A stretch of DNA of 63,924 nt, filler included, from Aduncisulcus paluster (Eukaryota): the NCBI GenBank assembly GCA_024181965.1. It is 9 parts of 9 records of this genome, joined end to end, with 100 filler letters (N's around TTAATTAATTAA, not from the genome) between each part and the next. Parts side by side here need not be neighbours in the genome. Positions count along the whole stretch, not along the records: positions 11,962 to 22,473 come from BQXS01000020.1; positions 22,574 to 35,170 come from BQXS01000021.1; 7 more parts are not named here. One strand, 5' to 3'. Both the position numbers and the translations under genes were made by a program. This document shows, one piece after another, positions 12,567 to 26,500 of the stretch. The notes under the pieces are model-generated. The model did no database searches. It worked only from the letters and a program-made list of their open reading frames with translations, and was not told the origin of the DNA. Position 1 is the first letter of the stretch; each line of letters opens with the position of its first letter.

Positions 12567-15500
12567 TTATTTACTTAAGCTCAAAAGAAGTCCCGCCACA
12601 TCCTTTCTGGTGTCATCTCGTTCTGTTTGAATGATATTCCCCTCAAAGTCGACAACTTCTTTCAACACCTTTCGATCATCCTCAGAAATGGCAGACTTGG
12701 CAATACACTTCCCATGAATCAGCTTCAACAATATCCGAGTGCTGTGAGAGATTAGGGCGGCAGCATCAATCACAACATCTTCCTCTCGCTCTTCAATGAT
12801 ACGACTGCGACTGAGCTTTTCAAACGTGCTCAGCAACAACACAGGAGTAGACAATGAAACAAGAGAAGCAGACGACTGGTGTGCGGCAACGGCCTTGAAG
12901 GACACCTTTGGAGTGTGCACAAACCTGTTATTGAAGATGGGCTTATTGTTCTCATCAAGATCCTGCAAGGCATTTAGTTCAACAGTAGACAAGGAAGACA
13001 TCCTCAACTGATGCTGATGCTGATGTTGTCTCACATGTTGGCTACCATATGATACACCATCACTGACACCAGACATGACAGGAATAACACTTGAAGCAGA
13101 GGAACTTGAAGGGCTAGACCCCAGTTTCATAAGATCTTTATCAGAGTGAACAGAGAGGAGATGGTCAAGCATCGTCAAGACACTATCGAGACTGAGAATC
13201 GTTACGCGAGAGATGCACTCGAACATGTCATGTGAGTGTTGAAGACGAGGGTTAGGGTTTGACAGAATAAACGTGAGCACATTCATACCCTCATAAAGAC
13301 ATTTCTGAAGCGTTGGACGACTGAGCTGATCGATCTCTCCACCTTCCAAAAATACACGCTTCACGCACTCCATAGCCAAAGATATCTCATAAATTGACAG
13401 GGAAAGCATGAAAAGGTATGAATGGGGAATTGGAGTGCGATCACCCATGGAAGAGTAAAGGGAAGACAAGGCACCACGGTTAACGATGGAGGAAGCCAAG
13501 TCAATGCCACCTTCAAACATCATATCGATATCCATAGTTTCCATACCATTATCCTCTTCCTCTTCCTCTTCTCTTCCCATAAATGACATTCCCATTCCCA
13601 TTCCCATTCCTCCTCTTCCTCCTCTTCCTCTTCCTCCCATGAATGAAGACCTTGTTCCCTTCAAACCATATAATCCAGTTCCAGGGAAGATAGCATTCAT
13701 GACCTCCTTCACTCGGACACCCGAAAGAACATCCACGAGGAAAGGCATGGACTCTTCAATGAGTTCCTTGGAGTAAGGAGAGGGGATTGTTGCAGACAAA
13801 GTATGTGACATCACACAGAAGAGACACACAGAAAAGAAGGAATGAGATGTAAAAGAAGCAGGTGCATATTGAAGATCTCTTGCGTGGACACTCTTTGTAC
13901 GTGACTTCTCACACAATAGTCTAGAAACATACTCATTGGGGATTTCAAGGGGATTCAAGAGAACATCTGAAATATAGGGCAAGGAACAGGCAGATGGTAA
14001 AATGTGACGGTACCCTGAAGACACAGAAGACATTGTTCCAATTGAACCAGTTGGAGTATCAGTACTACCATGTCCTTTCCCTTCATCTTCTTCATCCTTA
14101 TTCCACGCTGTTGTTCCATCTGAACTGGAACTAGAAGTAGAAGCGGAAGAGGAAGAGAATGCACCGATCTTCTTTGCTATCCTGTCTCCCATTCGCTCCC
14201 TCTTAATGACTTTCACCAACTGCCTGGAAGTTAATAGAGACAAGGCAAGGGAAGGTGACAGAGTCAGAGCACGACTGAGCAACAATGTGGAGGTGTGGGT
14301 GAGAGATGGAGAGCCAGATGAGAACAGAAGAGGGTGACCCAACAGGAGAGATGTTAGGCTGGATGTGAGAAGAGATTCGGATGAATTTGCAGCTACACTC
14401 AGAAAAACATCAATGCAACAAAGAATGGTTTCGATCTTGACAAACACACACTCCTTTTCAGCATATAGTTCAATCTTACGCCCAATATGAGCAAGGAGTT
14501 CGGTCAAAGTGTTTGCAACGGCAGTCTGGTCCAATTCAACCTCAACCTCAGCCTTCATTCCTCTACCAGAGACACACACAAGCAACTGAAGCATTGCACA
14601 AAGAGATACAACCAAGTTCTCACACTCACACTCACACGTCAAGCAGACCTCTATGGTGGAGCATAGACGATCACACACACGGGCAATATCATAAGGGTTA
14701 GGCACAAATGACGAGACAAGAGTATTTGACAGGATACGGTGTGAGAGAGGAGAGAAGAGATCAAATAGATGAGATAATAGCGGAGCATGACGGATGAACA
14801 CAGGTGAAGGAATACTCACTTCTCCTGTAGGATCGAATAGACATACAATCTCATGTGTAAAACTCTCCATCCAATTCGTGAGAACAGTCACTTCAGAGGC
14901 AGCATCTTTAGGTGGTAAGATAGGAAGTGAGAGCAACACAGTGACAAAAGAGCTGATTGATTTGGTTAATGTGGGGATTATCGGGAGTAAGGCCTGAGCT
15001 AATTTAGCATCACCCAAACTACCATCTCCTCCTTCAATCTCACAGACACATGATCCAAACAGTCCCATTGTGTACCATACAAGACCACTCATATTGCACA
15101 TAGTATCCGTCTCACATGACCACTCTTCTCTCATTGAACGAACAAGAAGAGTTGATGCACGTAGGATGTTCTCCTCATCTTCTCCTTCATCGAATAGACA
15201 TACAATCTCATGTGTAAAACTCTCCATCCAATTCGTGAGAACAGTCACTTCAGAGGCAGCATCTTTAGGTGGTAAGATAGGAAGTGAGAGCAACACAGTG
15301 ACAAAAGAGCTGATTGATTTGGTTAATGTGGGGATTATCGGGAGTAAGGCCTGAGCTAATTTAGCATCACCCAAACTACCATCTCCTCCTTCAATCTCAC
15401 AGACACATGATCCAAACAGTCCCATTGTGTACCATACAAGACCACTCATATTGCACATAGTATCCGTCTCACATGACCACTCTTCTCTCATTGAACGAAC

Positions 15501-18500
15501 AAGAAGAGTTGATGCACGTAGGATGTTCTCCTCATCTTCTCCTTCATCCTCTTCTTCCTCATCTTCTTCGTGTAAAACTCTCCATCCAATTCGTGAGAAC
15601 AGTCACTTCAGAGGCAGCATCTTTAGGTGGTAAGATAGGAAGTGAGAGCAACACAGTGACAAAAGAGCTGATTGATTTGGTTAATGTGGGGATTATCGGG
15701 AGTAAGGCCTGAGCTAATTTAGCATCACCCAAACTACCATCTCCTCCTTCAATCTCACAGACACATGATCCAAACAGTCCCATTGTGTACCATACAAGAC
15801 CACTCATATTGCACATAGTATCCGTCTCACATGACCACTCTTCTCTCATTGAACGATCACTTCTCCTGTAGGATCGAATAGACATACAATCTCATGTGTA
15901 AAACTCTCCATCCAATTCGTGAGAACAGTCACTTCAGAGGCAGCATCTTTAGGTGGTAAGATAGGAAGTGAGAGCAACACAGTGACAAAAGAGCTGATTG
16001 ATTTGGTTAATGTGGGGATTATCGGGAGTAAGGCCTGAGCTAATTTAGCATCACCCAAACTACCATCTCCTCCTTCAATCTCACAGACACATGATCCAAA
16101 CAGTCCCATTGTGTACCATACAAGACCACTCATATTGCACATAGTATCCGTCTCACATGACCACTCTTCTCTCATTGAACGAACAAGAAGAGTTGATGCA
16201 CGTAGGATGTTCTCCTCATCTTCTCCTTCATCCTCTTCTTCCTCATCTTCTTCATCATTCACACCATATGTGGAATACCCAGCACCGATACCACCGATAC
16301 CACCGACACCAACATCATCATCCTCATCCTCTTCACCTTTTAAGTAAGGACCACTAAGATGACTGCCAGCGGTACCATTAGACATTCCATGGATTCCACC
16401 CAATCGTTTACCCCCAGTTACAGTGAGGCTTGATGCAGACATTCTTTTCCTATCTCTCTTCTCCTTCATGGCTCTGATAAATCTCTGAGCATAAAAGAGA
16501 TCCTTTGAGATTAGGTTAAGAATAGATGAAATAGAGAACAAGAGAGCAGGAGTCAGTTCAGAAAAGGGGGATGAGATTGAATGAGTGATAGCTCTACGAA
16601 CACACGAAGAGAGGAATAAAGATAGTCCTTTCAGACATTTCCCTTCTTCACGGCAGAAACACTCTTTATCTCGGATATGATTGAGAACTACAGTGGGGTA
16701 TACATCAATTGCACATGAGAGCACTGCAGACAAGGATGAGACTGAAGGAGAAGAGAGAGAGAGAGAAGGAGAAGAGAGTAAGGACAGGGACAGAACAAGA
16801 GTATTGGTGAACTCAAAATGTCCTTCAGGGAGTGCAAGGATGGTGACAGTGGATGAAGAAGACACAGAGCCAGGTGTGGATGTGACATACTCTTGGAGAG
16901 AACTCTCAGAACATACCTTAAGATCTCCGCCTCCAATGAGTCGTTTGACTTCCTCAACATTGACAAGACGACCTCCAAGCACAGAGCTAATGAAGGAATG
17001 GTGTCTATCTGTAGATTTGTGAACAAGCACCTCGATGAAACGACCTACAGCAACACACAACCATCCACCATCATTAAAGGGATCATAACAAGAACTAACA
17101 CTAGCACTGGCACTGGAACTAACACTAGCACTGAGGCCGGCAGAAATACCGGCAGAAATACCGGCTTTAGCCGGTGAAGCAACCTTAGATAGCATGACAC
17201 TGAGTAACTTCTCTCTGATGAGTTTTGGCAAACGATTGATTGAACTCACAAAACTATCACATCCGCGATATCCAACTACATATGTCAGTAACCGTAGTAC
17301 AAGCGTATGAGTGTATGTATCATTGCATTTCCACAAGAGAGACAGAAGAGAGATACTAAAAGATGTATTGATGTCTCTTGTAAGACTGGACTTAGCAGTT
17401 AATGTCATGAAGGATATATTAGAGATACTAGGAGGGATACGAGGAAACAGTGCATTGTAGAACTTAATATGGGAAGCATCACTACCATTCACAGATAAAG
17501 ATGATGAAGAAGAAGAAGAAGAAGAAGAAGAAGAAGAAGAAGAAGAGCTGGAACTCCTATAGCTGTTTCCTTTGTAGATAGCACTAGAACTAGATCCTTT
17601 GGAAGAAGAAGAAGAGGAAAAAGAAGAGGAATGATGTTGTTTGATGTGATGCTCGTGTTCTTGTATTTGTTCGAGTTCAACAAGAGAAAGTAAAAGTTCA
17701 CACAATCCTGAGAATTTCATCTCACGTACTTGATGCTCTAATTTCATTTTCTCTCCATCTAAACGTTTCTTTTTCAACCGTTGCTCCTCTTCTTTCTTCT
17801 TTTTCTCCTCGGAAGATGAAGAAGAGGATGAAGAGGATGAAGAGGAAGAGGAAGAGGACCCAAACAAAGAAGAACCACCGAACAAAGAAGAAGAACCAGA
17901 CCCAGACCCAGACTCTTTCTTTTTCTGGTCTTCTTTCCTTGAATGAAGCCCACCTTCTTCTTCTTCCCAATGCTCTAGACGATCTTTTTCTCTCAGATAA
18001 GTTGACACAATCCCCACTATAGCAGCGAACAGTTCACTCTCACTCCTGACTTTGGCTCGGACATTCCTACATAGTTCCTGAGCACAACGATCAAAGGATG
18101 ACACACTGGCTGGATCTGTGGCAGAGGTTGGGTAAGACACAAGGAGGGAAAGGGTATGAGCATGGATTTGGAAGATATGTAGTACCTCGGGAGTCAGATG
18201 TTGTCTTGCAAAAGTGTTAGGTAAGATCGTGAGAATAAACTGCATAAAGGGTTCCAGTTGACGTGACAGGTAAGTGTGTGCCCTCATATGTTTCACAGCT
18301 TCACCTATAACTTCACAGAATCCCTCAGTAACTCCATAAAAACCAAAGGAATGCTCATGGGTCTGAATATCTTCTTCAAATACTTTCTTTATAAAGAGCC
18401 ATATTGGTGTATGTGAGAAGAGTAAAGAAGGATGTGATGAGATACTTCCATCATGAAGCTTATTGGATGTTGAGGAGGAAGAAGAAGTTCTCTCGGTGGG

Positions 18501-19337
18501 AGATTTTTCCCCAGAAGCAGGGAATAACCCAAGGCCAGCAAGAATCTCGGGTCTACCCTGACGCATAACAGCAGCAATTAGTTTCCAACACAACGCTCTA
18601 AACTGCAATCCTTCAATACCCTTTGAGAAGAGGCCACTGATGGAGAGAAGACACAGAACACTCGGCCATACTCTGTTTCTAAACTCATTGTTATTATTGA
18701 AGTGAGATAGCATTCTTTGACATGTTTTTTCCAGTAACGAGCCTCCCATCATTCCACTGGCCATATCGTCAAGCAGAATCTGTTGAGTCTCATCGTGAGC
18801 GAACATTACTTGAATCTTGGGAGTAAATTCATCTCGAATGTATGGAGGATTGGACAATATTGGACAAATGTCAATCAGAAGAGATAAGGTGGAAAAGAGA
18901 ATATCACGCGTATCATCTCTTAATTTTCTCTCGAGAGATATTGAAGAGCCGGCAAAATATTGTGTCTCTTGCTTCAGCCGTCTAGAATAATCAGAAAACT
19001 CGCATAAAACAGTTTCTCCTAGAAATGCAACAATAACACCACACGAAACGGACGGTAAACTCAACAATGGAACGGGAGCTTGACCAGATTTGGTAACAGT
19101 CTCAGCTCTTTCACGGATTTTTCGCCTAGCAGCTTGATGCTTAGATAGCCAAGGATTATCGGGAGGAGCACCTCCTTCAAGTTCTATTCCTTCTAAATAT
19201 GCCGCGACAGCCTTCGAATATCCACCCTTCATGATTTTACCAAGAAAATTACAAACAGAACAATAATCATCAACAGTCTGGATATTTCCACATTCTGTGC
19301 TGCGTAGAAACTGTAAGATACGATGATTATCAGCCAT
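12567..19337 (-). CDS. Large helical (ARM/HEAT-like) hypothetical protein of ~1900 aa, split by a mis-assembled repeat
   Basis: ORFs 15846-19439 and 12567-15491 join into one frame (..FDPTGEV|SIPSPVF..) if the three extra repeat copies are removed. Leu-rich amphipathic helices alternate with Ser-rich loops; the likely start is MADNHR at 19337. Confidence 0.7.
14816..16254. repeat. Four identical staggered copies of a ~290-400 bp coding segment
   Basis: Copies lie at about 14816-15190, 15190-15570, 15571-15856 and 15857-16254. They have different end points and no visible substitutions. Confidence 0.9.
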
Positions 19338-19647
19338 CTTAGGAATCAGAATCGAGTTCCTTTCGATGCAAAACAAACAATCTTTTTCATCTCGACATGG
19401 TGAAGTATTCAGAATAAATAAGATAGAGATTATCTCCAATTCTTACATTAAAATAATCATCTTTCACTTTTTTACTTGGAAAATTATTATAGGAAGCAGC
19501 AAGGGTGGCGGAATAGTAATCAAAGAAATCTATCGGAGATTACAAACATATTTGAAACTATTTTGAGTCATCTACTTCAATAATTCCATAAAAATGCGTT
19601 GCGTACGAATACTATTAAATTGAAATTGTGATCGGCCTTCTTGGAGC

Positions 19648-21322
19648 ATGGAGAGGACATCTGATTTATTGGAAAGAAGAATTGAGGTAAAATTACAAGG
19701 TATGTTCATATTTAAATAGTAGTTTTTAGGTATTTTATTAATTCGACCCCTAATTTTTAAATGTCCCTTTAGATGAATATGAGGAATATGTATTTCAGCT
19801 TAAGTCTGAATTAGCTAATCATTCACACCATCTTCTTCCTCATCTTCTTCANNNNNNNNNNNNNNNNNNNNAATTAGCTATTGTAAAGGAACAACTAAAT
19901 CATACAAATGAGGCAAATAAGAAATTGCAAGCTTTATTGCGAAAGGAAGCTAAAAACAATGAAGTCCTGCAGCTATCTGAGAGACGTGTTAGTCAAGAAT
20001 TACAAAATTCAAAAAAAACTATTAGAGAACTTGAATTTAAATTGCAATCCTTAAGTAGAAAAGCGGAAGAATCGGAAGTCACATTTTCTGAATTATCTTA
20101 TCAAGTTGAGCGAGAACGATCATCTAATCTATCATTATTACAAGATACTGGTGATTTGAAGGCTATTATTTCTGAGAAAGAACAAATGCTTGCTTCATAT
20201 GCTGGGATTATAGATGCTGAGCGTGCACTTGTGAGTGAGTTGAGAGAGAAACAAAGCCAATTATCACAAGACAAGAGTGCCCTGGAGGTTGAAAATGAAT
20301 CTTTATCACGTGGATTACTGTTATCGACTCACAGAATCAAAGAATTAACAGGTGCTCTGAATGGATGTAGAATTGCATTATCGCAGCAAAAACAGTTATC
20401 CTCCGTGCAAAGAAGTGAGATTCAACAGCTCTCTGCCTCATTACGGACTGTAGTTCTTGAAAGGGAATCATGGAGAGAGAAATCCATTCGTATCGATCGG
20501 CAGTTCGCATCCACTTTAACTTCTTTGAGACAATATGGTACTAGCCCATCGACTATCAGCAATATATTGAGTCATACCGCTGCTCATTATCCGACAACGA
20601 CATCATTCTCCATCCCTCATAAATCTTCACCCTCTCAACACCCTCATCCTCATCCTCCTCAAGGCTTTTATTCTTTCTCAACGGCATCATCACACCAACC
20701 ACACTCAATACAATCACAACCGCAATGTAGCAGTGCTGGTGATGGTGCTAGTGATGGTGGTGGTAGTAGTTCGATAAAGACGAAAATACAACAACATCCA
20801 AAGGTCACGATGATGATTCCTTCATCAGTACATCATTCTTCTTCTTCATCGGTACATACAACGACCTCCACTACTACTTCTACTTCTGCAGCTTCACCAG
20901 GTGAGAAACAATCGACAAAAATAGAAACATCTTCTCAAAATATGGTGACGACAACCAAACTTCCAACATCAATTGTGACAAGTGACGTCGTTATTAATCA
21001 TGAACATGGATTATTAGAGCATGATCAACTACAAAAGCCTCACGAATTCCACCATTCTCCTCTTCAAAAATCTCTTGTAGAACAATGGAAACAGGAACAA
21101 AAGGTTGCTAGACAACAAAAACAAAAGGAAAAATCGACAATAATGCCTTCTAAATCGCCGACATATCAACCTGGACAAATGGGGCATATTGAACGTTCAA
21201 TTGACCATTCAGCAATTATTATGCACTCTAAATCTCAAGATTCAAGTAGTACTCCACATACAGAAGGGAGTATTATTACACAAGACTCGACTCAAAGCAT
21301 TTTTTCCAGCCAGGTTGAATAG
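19648..21322 (+). CDS. Coiled-coil protein with a Ser/Thr/His-rich tail
   Basis: Exon 1 (19648-19699, MERTSDLLERR...) is followed by a GTATGT..TAG intron at 19700-19772. Heptad-rich sequence continues across the 20-N gap via an AATTAGCTA overlap. Confidence 0.75.
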
Positions 21323-21500
21323 GTAATCCATAGACCTGTAGATACAAATATCTATCATTAATAATTTTGTAATAAATACTATATTTTGGATTTTATTGGA
21401 ACTTATTAACCTTTTGATGTATTTTGGGTTAGTTTTGGCCGATTAACTTTGTGTTCTCGGTTTTGTCATCATAAGGTGTTTCATTCCATTTTTGAAGGAT

Positions 21501-22473
21501 ATGTCTGAAAAAGAAGGAGAAATAATTGTTGATTCTGCCCCTAAAACCTCTGATTCTGTTGATATTGAGGATATCCACGAAAAAGTTCCCCAAGCCACCC
21601 CCGATTTGTTGAGTCGTCTTCACAAACAATCTTATTATGTTGTTGAAGGTGGACACGCTACTGTCAAATTGTGTACCTGGTTGAAGAAAGCCATCGCTGG
21701 TGGAACTCTCTGTTACAAACATAAATTCTATGGCATCAGCACTGCGCATTGCTGCCAGTCATCTGTCTCGCTTGCATGCTGTAATACATGTGTTATGTGT
21801 TGGCGTGATCAGAAGAGTCCTGTGTGCACTGCCTGGAAGCCCGAGTGGAAATATCTTGACCCCGTCCCCCTGGTTGATAAACTCCTTGAGGGTCAGCGTT
21901 CCCTTGTCCATGCCAAGAGGGGAGTTCCTGGACTGGACGAAGAAGTTTGGAAGTCTGCCCATGAAGCCCGTCATGTCGCCCTCTCCCTTGTCGGTGAATC
22001 TCTTTTATACCCTCAAATCAATGAACTGATCCTCGAGCTACACCGCAGAAAGTTGAGCACATTCCTCGTTTCGAACTCCCAGCTCCCCGAGAAACTCAAG
22101 GCCATGCCCCCTGTCACCCAGTTGTACCTCTCTGTTGACGCTGCTGACCCGGACACATTAGCCGAAATCGACCGTCCCTATGTCGGCAAAACTGACGCCT
22201 GGCGCCGATTGAACGAGAGTCTGTCCATTTTATCCACCCGTCAAGAGAGGACAGCCATCCGAATCACTGTCATTAAGAAGCTGAATTGCCGTCGTGAAGA
22301 CATTCCTGGGTATGTCAAACTCATTCGTTTGGGCCATCCATGCTTCATTGAGCTGAAAGCCTTCTCGTTTGTCGGTGGAACAAGACATCGCCATGGCTTC
22401 TTCTCTCTTGCCAACGTTCCCTGGCCAGACCAGTGTGTTGAGTATGCAAGGTGGCTTGAGGCTGCCCTTGAAG
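21501..22473 (+). CDS. TYW1: tRNA 4-demethylwyosine synthase (radical SAM), 3' truncated
   Basis: VKLC.W, CYKHKFYGI..H.C auxiliary-cluster motifs, CxxxCxxC (CCNTCVMCWR), GVPG, HVALSLVGE, STFLVSN and TQLYLSVDA. Confidence 0.93.
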
Positions 22474-22638
22474 NNNNNNNNNNNNNNNNNNNNNNNNNNN
22501 NNNNNNNNNNNNNNNNNTTAATTAATTAANNNNNNNNNNNNNNNNNNNNNNNNNNNNNNNNNNNNNNNNNNNNGGCCGAAGTCTGCTTTTTGTTTCCGAA
22601 TTGACCATGTTTGTTTTTTGACGGAATCTATCACAATC

Positions 22639-23103
22639 ATGGCCGACACACCATACACTGAAAATTCTATGAGCAGAAAAGAACTCAAGAATGCTCAAAA
22701 GAGTGTGAAAAAGGCCAAGAAAGCCGAAGACAAGAAAAAAGTCATTCAGATGAACCATCATCGTGGTAATATTACACGTATTCTTGTTATTATCAGCTTA
22801 ATCCTTCTTGTTGCCCAGAATGTCTTCACTATTTTCGGTGTAGTGAACATGGCAATCGGATTCTGTATTGCTGTATCTCTGTTCCTTGCTTTCGTCATCC
22901 TGATGTGTGAATTCCACAAATGGCCCGGATTGACAATGTATTTCTTATTCTGCGATGTTCGGTTCGGCCAGGCCATTACTTTTGCTTTCTTACAGTTCTT
23001 AGAGATGGGTGTTGATTTCGATAGCATTCGCTTCTGGATTGGAGCTGCTGGGATTGTCTTGGCAATCGCAATCTTCGTGCTTGGAACTTTATTTAACCAT
23101 TGA
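22639..23103 (+). CDS. Small multi-pass membrane protein, possibly TVP15/COPI-associated family
   Basis: Basic N-terminus followed by ~4 hydrophobic helices. CEF...YFLF....GQAITFAF resembles the family's E...F.FL....GRG.FY.F pattern. Confidence 0.55.
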   Translation: MADTPYTENSMSRKELKNAQKSVKKAKKAEDKKKVIQMNHHRGNITRILVIISLILLVAQNVFTIFGVVNMAIGFCIAVSLFLAFVILMCEFHKWPGLTMYFLFCDVRFGQAITFAFLQFLEMGVDFDSIRFWIGAAGIVLAIAIFVLGTLFNH

Positions 23104-23591
23104 GGGGATGGATCGAAGCGATGAATGAAGAGATTTGAAATTGGTGTGATGTGTGACTTAATAATGGGGGGAAAACAAAGGGAAGGACTTTGTGAGATCA
23201 ATCGTTGTTTATTTTTTTTTTTTTTTTTTTTTTTGGCGAATGTCATATTTGACATGAATTCTAACAAAAATCCAGTTTGCCATCATATTTCGACTTCCAA
23301 TAAATTATTGACTTTGTTGTGCGGTATCTAAAAATAGACTAAGAGTTTAAACACCGAGAAGGTTCCGTTTTCTTGATGAGAATGATGTGATGAAGTCTTG
23401 ATGATGATTGTATTTGGGGTCAGTTAGATCTTCTAAAATCAGTAGAATAATATGGAAAAACTACAAACATTGATAATATCGAAATATAACGAAATATAAA
23501 CATAATAGAATTGAAGCCAAAATTGAGTGAAGAACATAATTCAAATGGATCGAATCCATTGAGAATCTATTTTTGGTAATTTGAAATTTCT

Positions 23592-26500
23592 CTATTTCTT
23601 TTTATCATCAACAATGCTTAACACAGCGTCAAGACACTTTGCTATTCCCTTCAAATCAAGGTTTCTATCAGTGTTGGTGAACGATGAGGCAATCCAGACT
23701 CGCTGGCAAAGTGTAAATAAATATGATGTCAGACAGTCAGCCTCCGCAAGAGCACTCCCCCGTGTTTCACTGCGTCCGCTATCGGATATTCGCATCCCCA
23801 TGGTGGATTGTGGCTTTGTGCGTGATCTCCCTCCGCGAGCACTCCTGTGTTCCTTTGATCTTGCAGACATCTGTGCCGTGTCCTCAAAGATAATTTCTGG
23901 GAGTTGCGCTTTGGACCCCAATAGTTGGCCCAGACGACGTGATTCCGACCCCCAAAGAGGAAGGACTCGTTCGAGGTATCTGATAGCTTTCTCAACCGAA
24001 GGAGTGATAGCTGCTTTGATAGAAGCGACAGAATCGACTTGAATTGAGTGTTGTGTTACATGACGGTCCATGGAACTCAGACTTAGACCTTTCCCTCTAA
24101 CACTCCACGATATGGATGTTTTGGTCGAATAGAATGAGAAATGGGACAAAAGAAGACCTCTCTCACGCATGCACCAAACGAGAGCATCGAACTTGGGCAT
24201 CTTCTTGTACCCACAACCACTCATCCACACGGCTTTCCTCCATACCATGGCGGCACTATACCGGCTGCAACCGGGACACATCAACTGCAGGAAAGGAAGA
24301 ATGTGTGAGAAGGATGAAGAAAGAGTTGTCATCTGGGATATGGAAGATGTCAGTGGCCGTGAGATCGTTTTGGTGTCATCCATGCCTCCAACCCCCATAT
24401 TTCCGCGGGACTCACGAATTCTCCCTTCCTTCCCACGTCTCGATGATGAGTCACTCTCGTTTTCCATGCATACTCCGGCATAAGCAACACGCAGGGCAGC
24501 CATCCTATTGGTCATCTCACGGTCATACACTGTCAGTAACAATCCACAGAGAAGACACACATCGACATTACCACTGTGGACGGCAGCTGCAACCTCCGTC
24601 TGGGCCAGAATATGCTGAGAAACAGCCTCACAGACAGAATGCGGAACACCAGCCAACACAGCAGACACTACACTCCTGGCGTGGCTCATTGTAATTGACG
24701 ACGAAGGCACCTCAGCCTCACGGGGAGTAGTCATGGATCCATATGTGCTGGAGATATCCAGGTGTTTCTTGGGACGTGGCAAGAGTTGAGATACAGGTGG
24801 GATCGGTGCACAGGGTGGAAGACCCCCAAACGAGAGAAGAATGGCATAACAAAACACTATCACACTCTCCTCACTATAACGTCCCTCAATCAGTCCACCA
24901 ATGTAACGGACTTCATAGGATTCTGTTCTATAATGAGTGATTGCACGCAGGAGGATACCATAGATGAGATCAGCAAGATCACCATCGAATGAACTTGATA
25001 CGCTTCGTGATGAGGCTCTTGCTGAAGCCATGGCTTCCTTGCCATAAGATTTATACAAGAAATACCAAGCAAACGCAGACAATTCCTCCATTTTCCCACT
25101 GAATGCACAGCCTCCGAGAACTCCTCCAGGGAACACTGCCTCCGTAATGTCCATAATTCCATTGCTACCGATGTTATCGACATGAGTGAAAGTGTGGGCG
25201 ATAAATCCTCGAATAATATTGAATAATAACGAGATAATATCGGCAAGGGGGGGCAACATCGCGTCTGCACTATTCAAACTCTTGCCAGAGGACGTCACAA
25301 CTCCTGTGTCTTCGCTGATTGTGGTTTCAAAATGCAATAGAGACGTCCTACGTTCCGATTTCTTCCCTGCTCCTCCGACTGATCGTGCTGTAGTCGATGC
25401 TGATGGCATGCTTGTCTCACTCCAGATATCCTCCATGACAGGTAAGCAAGGTGGCAACAGAGTCAGACCGAAATGGGGAAGAGGTTGAGCCAAAACTATT
25501 CCAACTGCTCCTTCCAACGCTTGGAGTGTCACGTATCCTTGACTAACGAGACCTTCATCCGAGGAGAGTGTTGTCAGTAACAGGGCATCCCTTGATCGTA
25601 ACTTGATAACTTGCGTGTGGAGCTGAGTGTTCTCCTCACGAAGCTGGTCGAGCTGAGAGAGAAGATGTCGATCTAAAGTCTTCTGTCGATCCAATGCTTG
25701 TTCAACATCTTCCAGCTGTTCAACCCTTTGATTGGCATTCCTCAGATCTTGCATCACCTTGTTGATCTCAGGAATATCATTGGCAGACTTCTCGAGGCGT
25801 TTGAGACGCTTGGCAAGGAGAGTAGCTTGTGGAATGATTGAGGGTTCACTCCCACGGCGGTGTCTATGAGCATGACGATGTCTATGGGATCTACGAGAAG
25901 CAGATAAATCTTCTTTCCAGCGTTTGGAGCCACGTGAAGGGGATTTGGGCACTTGGTCCTCTTCTTCTTCCTCGGTATAAGAATATTCCGAATATTCCTT
26001 ATCTTCTTCTTCCTCCTCTTCCTCTCCTTCTTCTTCCTCTTCGTCTTCTTCATCTCTTAATATCTTCATCAACTGTTGAACACTCTGCAATTTACGCCAC
26101 ATTTCCTGTCCACCAACCCTTGCACCTTCAGTGATCTTCTCTTGACACGACAGACAGACACCTCTTTGGGAGGCCTCCTCATCAAGCAAATGGCGCAGCC
26201 TGTGAATCTCCTCTTTCTGTTTTTGAATGAATTTCTTTTGTTTCTCAATCGTACCTTGTGCATTCATAAGCTGAGAATGTAACGAACGGATCTCATTTTC
26301 TCGATCAGCTGTGGTCATCTCCAGAGTCTTGACACGACGTTTCAAAGCTGAAGCATCACTACTAACAACTTCACGACGAATGGTCTCAACGGTTCGACGA
26401 AGCAAAACAATGTTTTGATCAGCTTTCAGACGGAGAGCCTTCTCTTTGCTAACGGATTGAGCCGCTGATTCGAGAGCTTTTTGAACACTATTTCTAGCCT

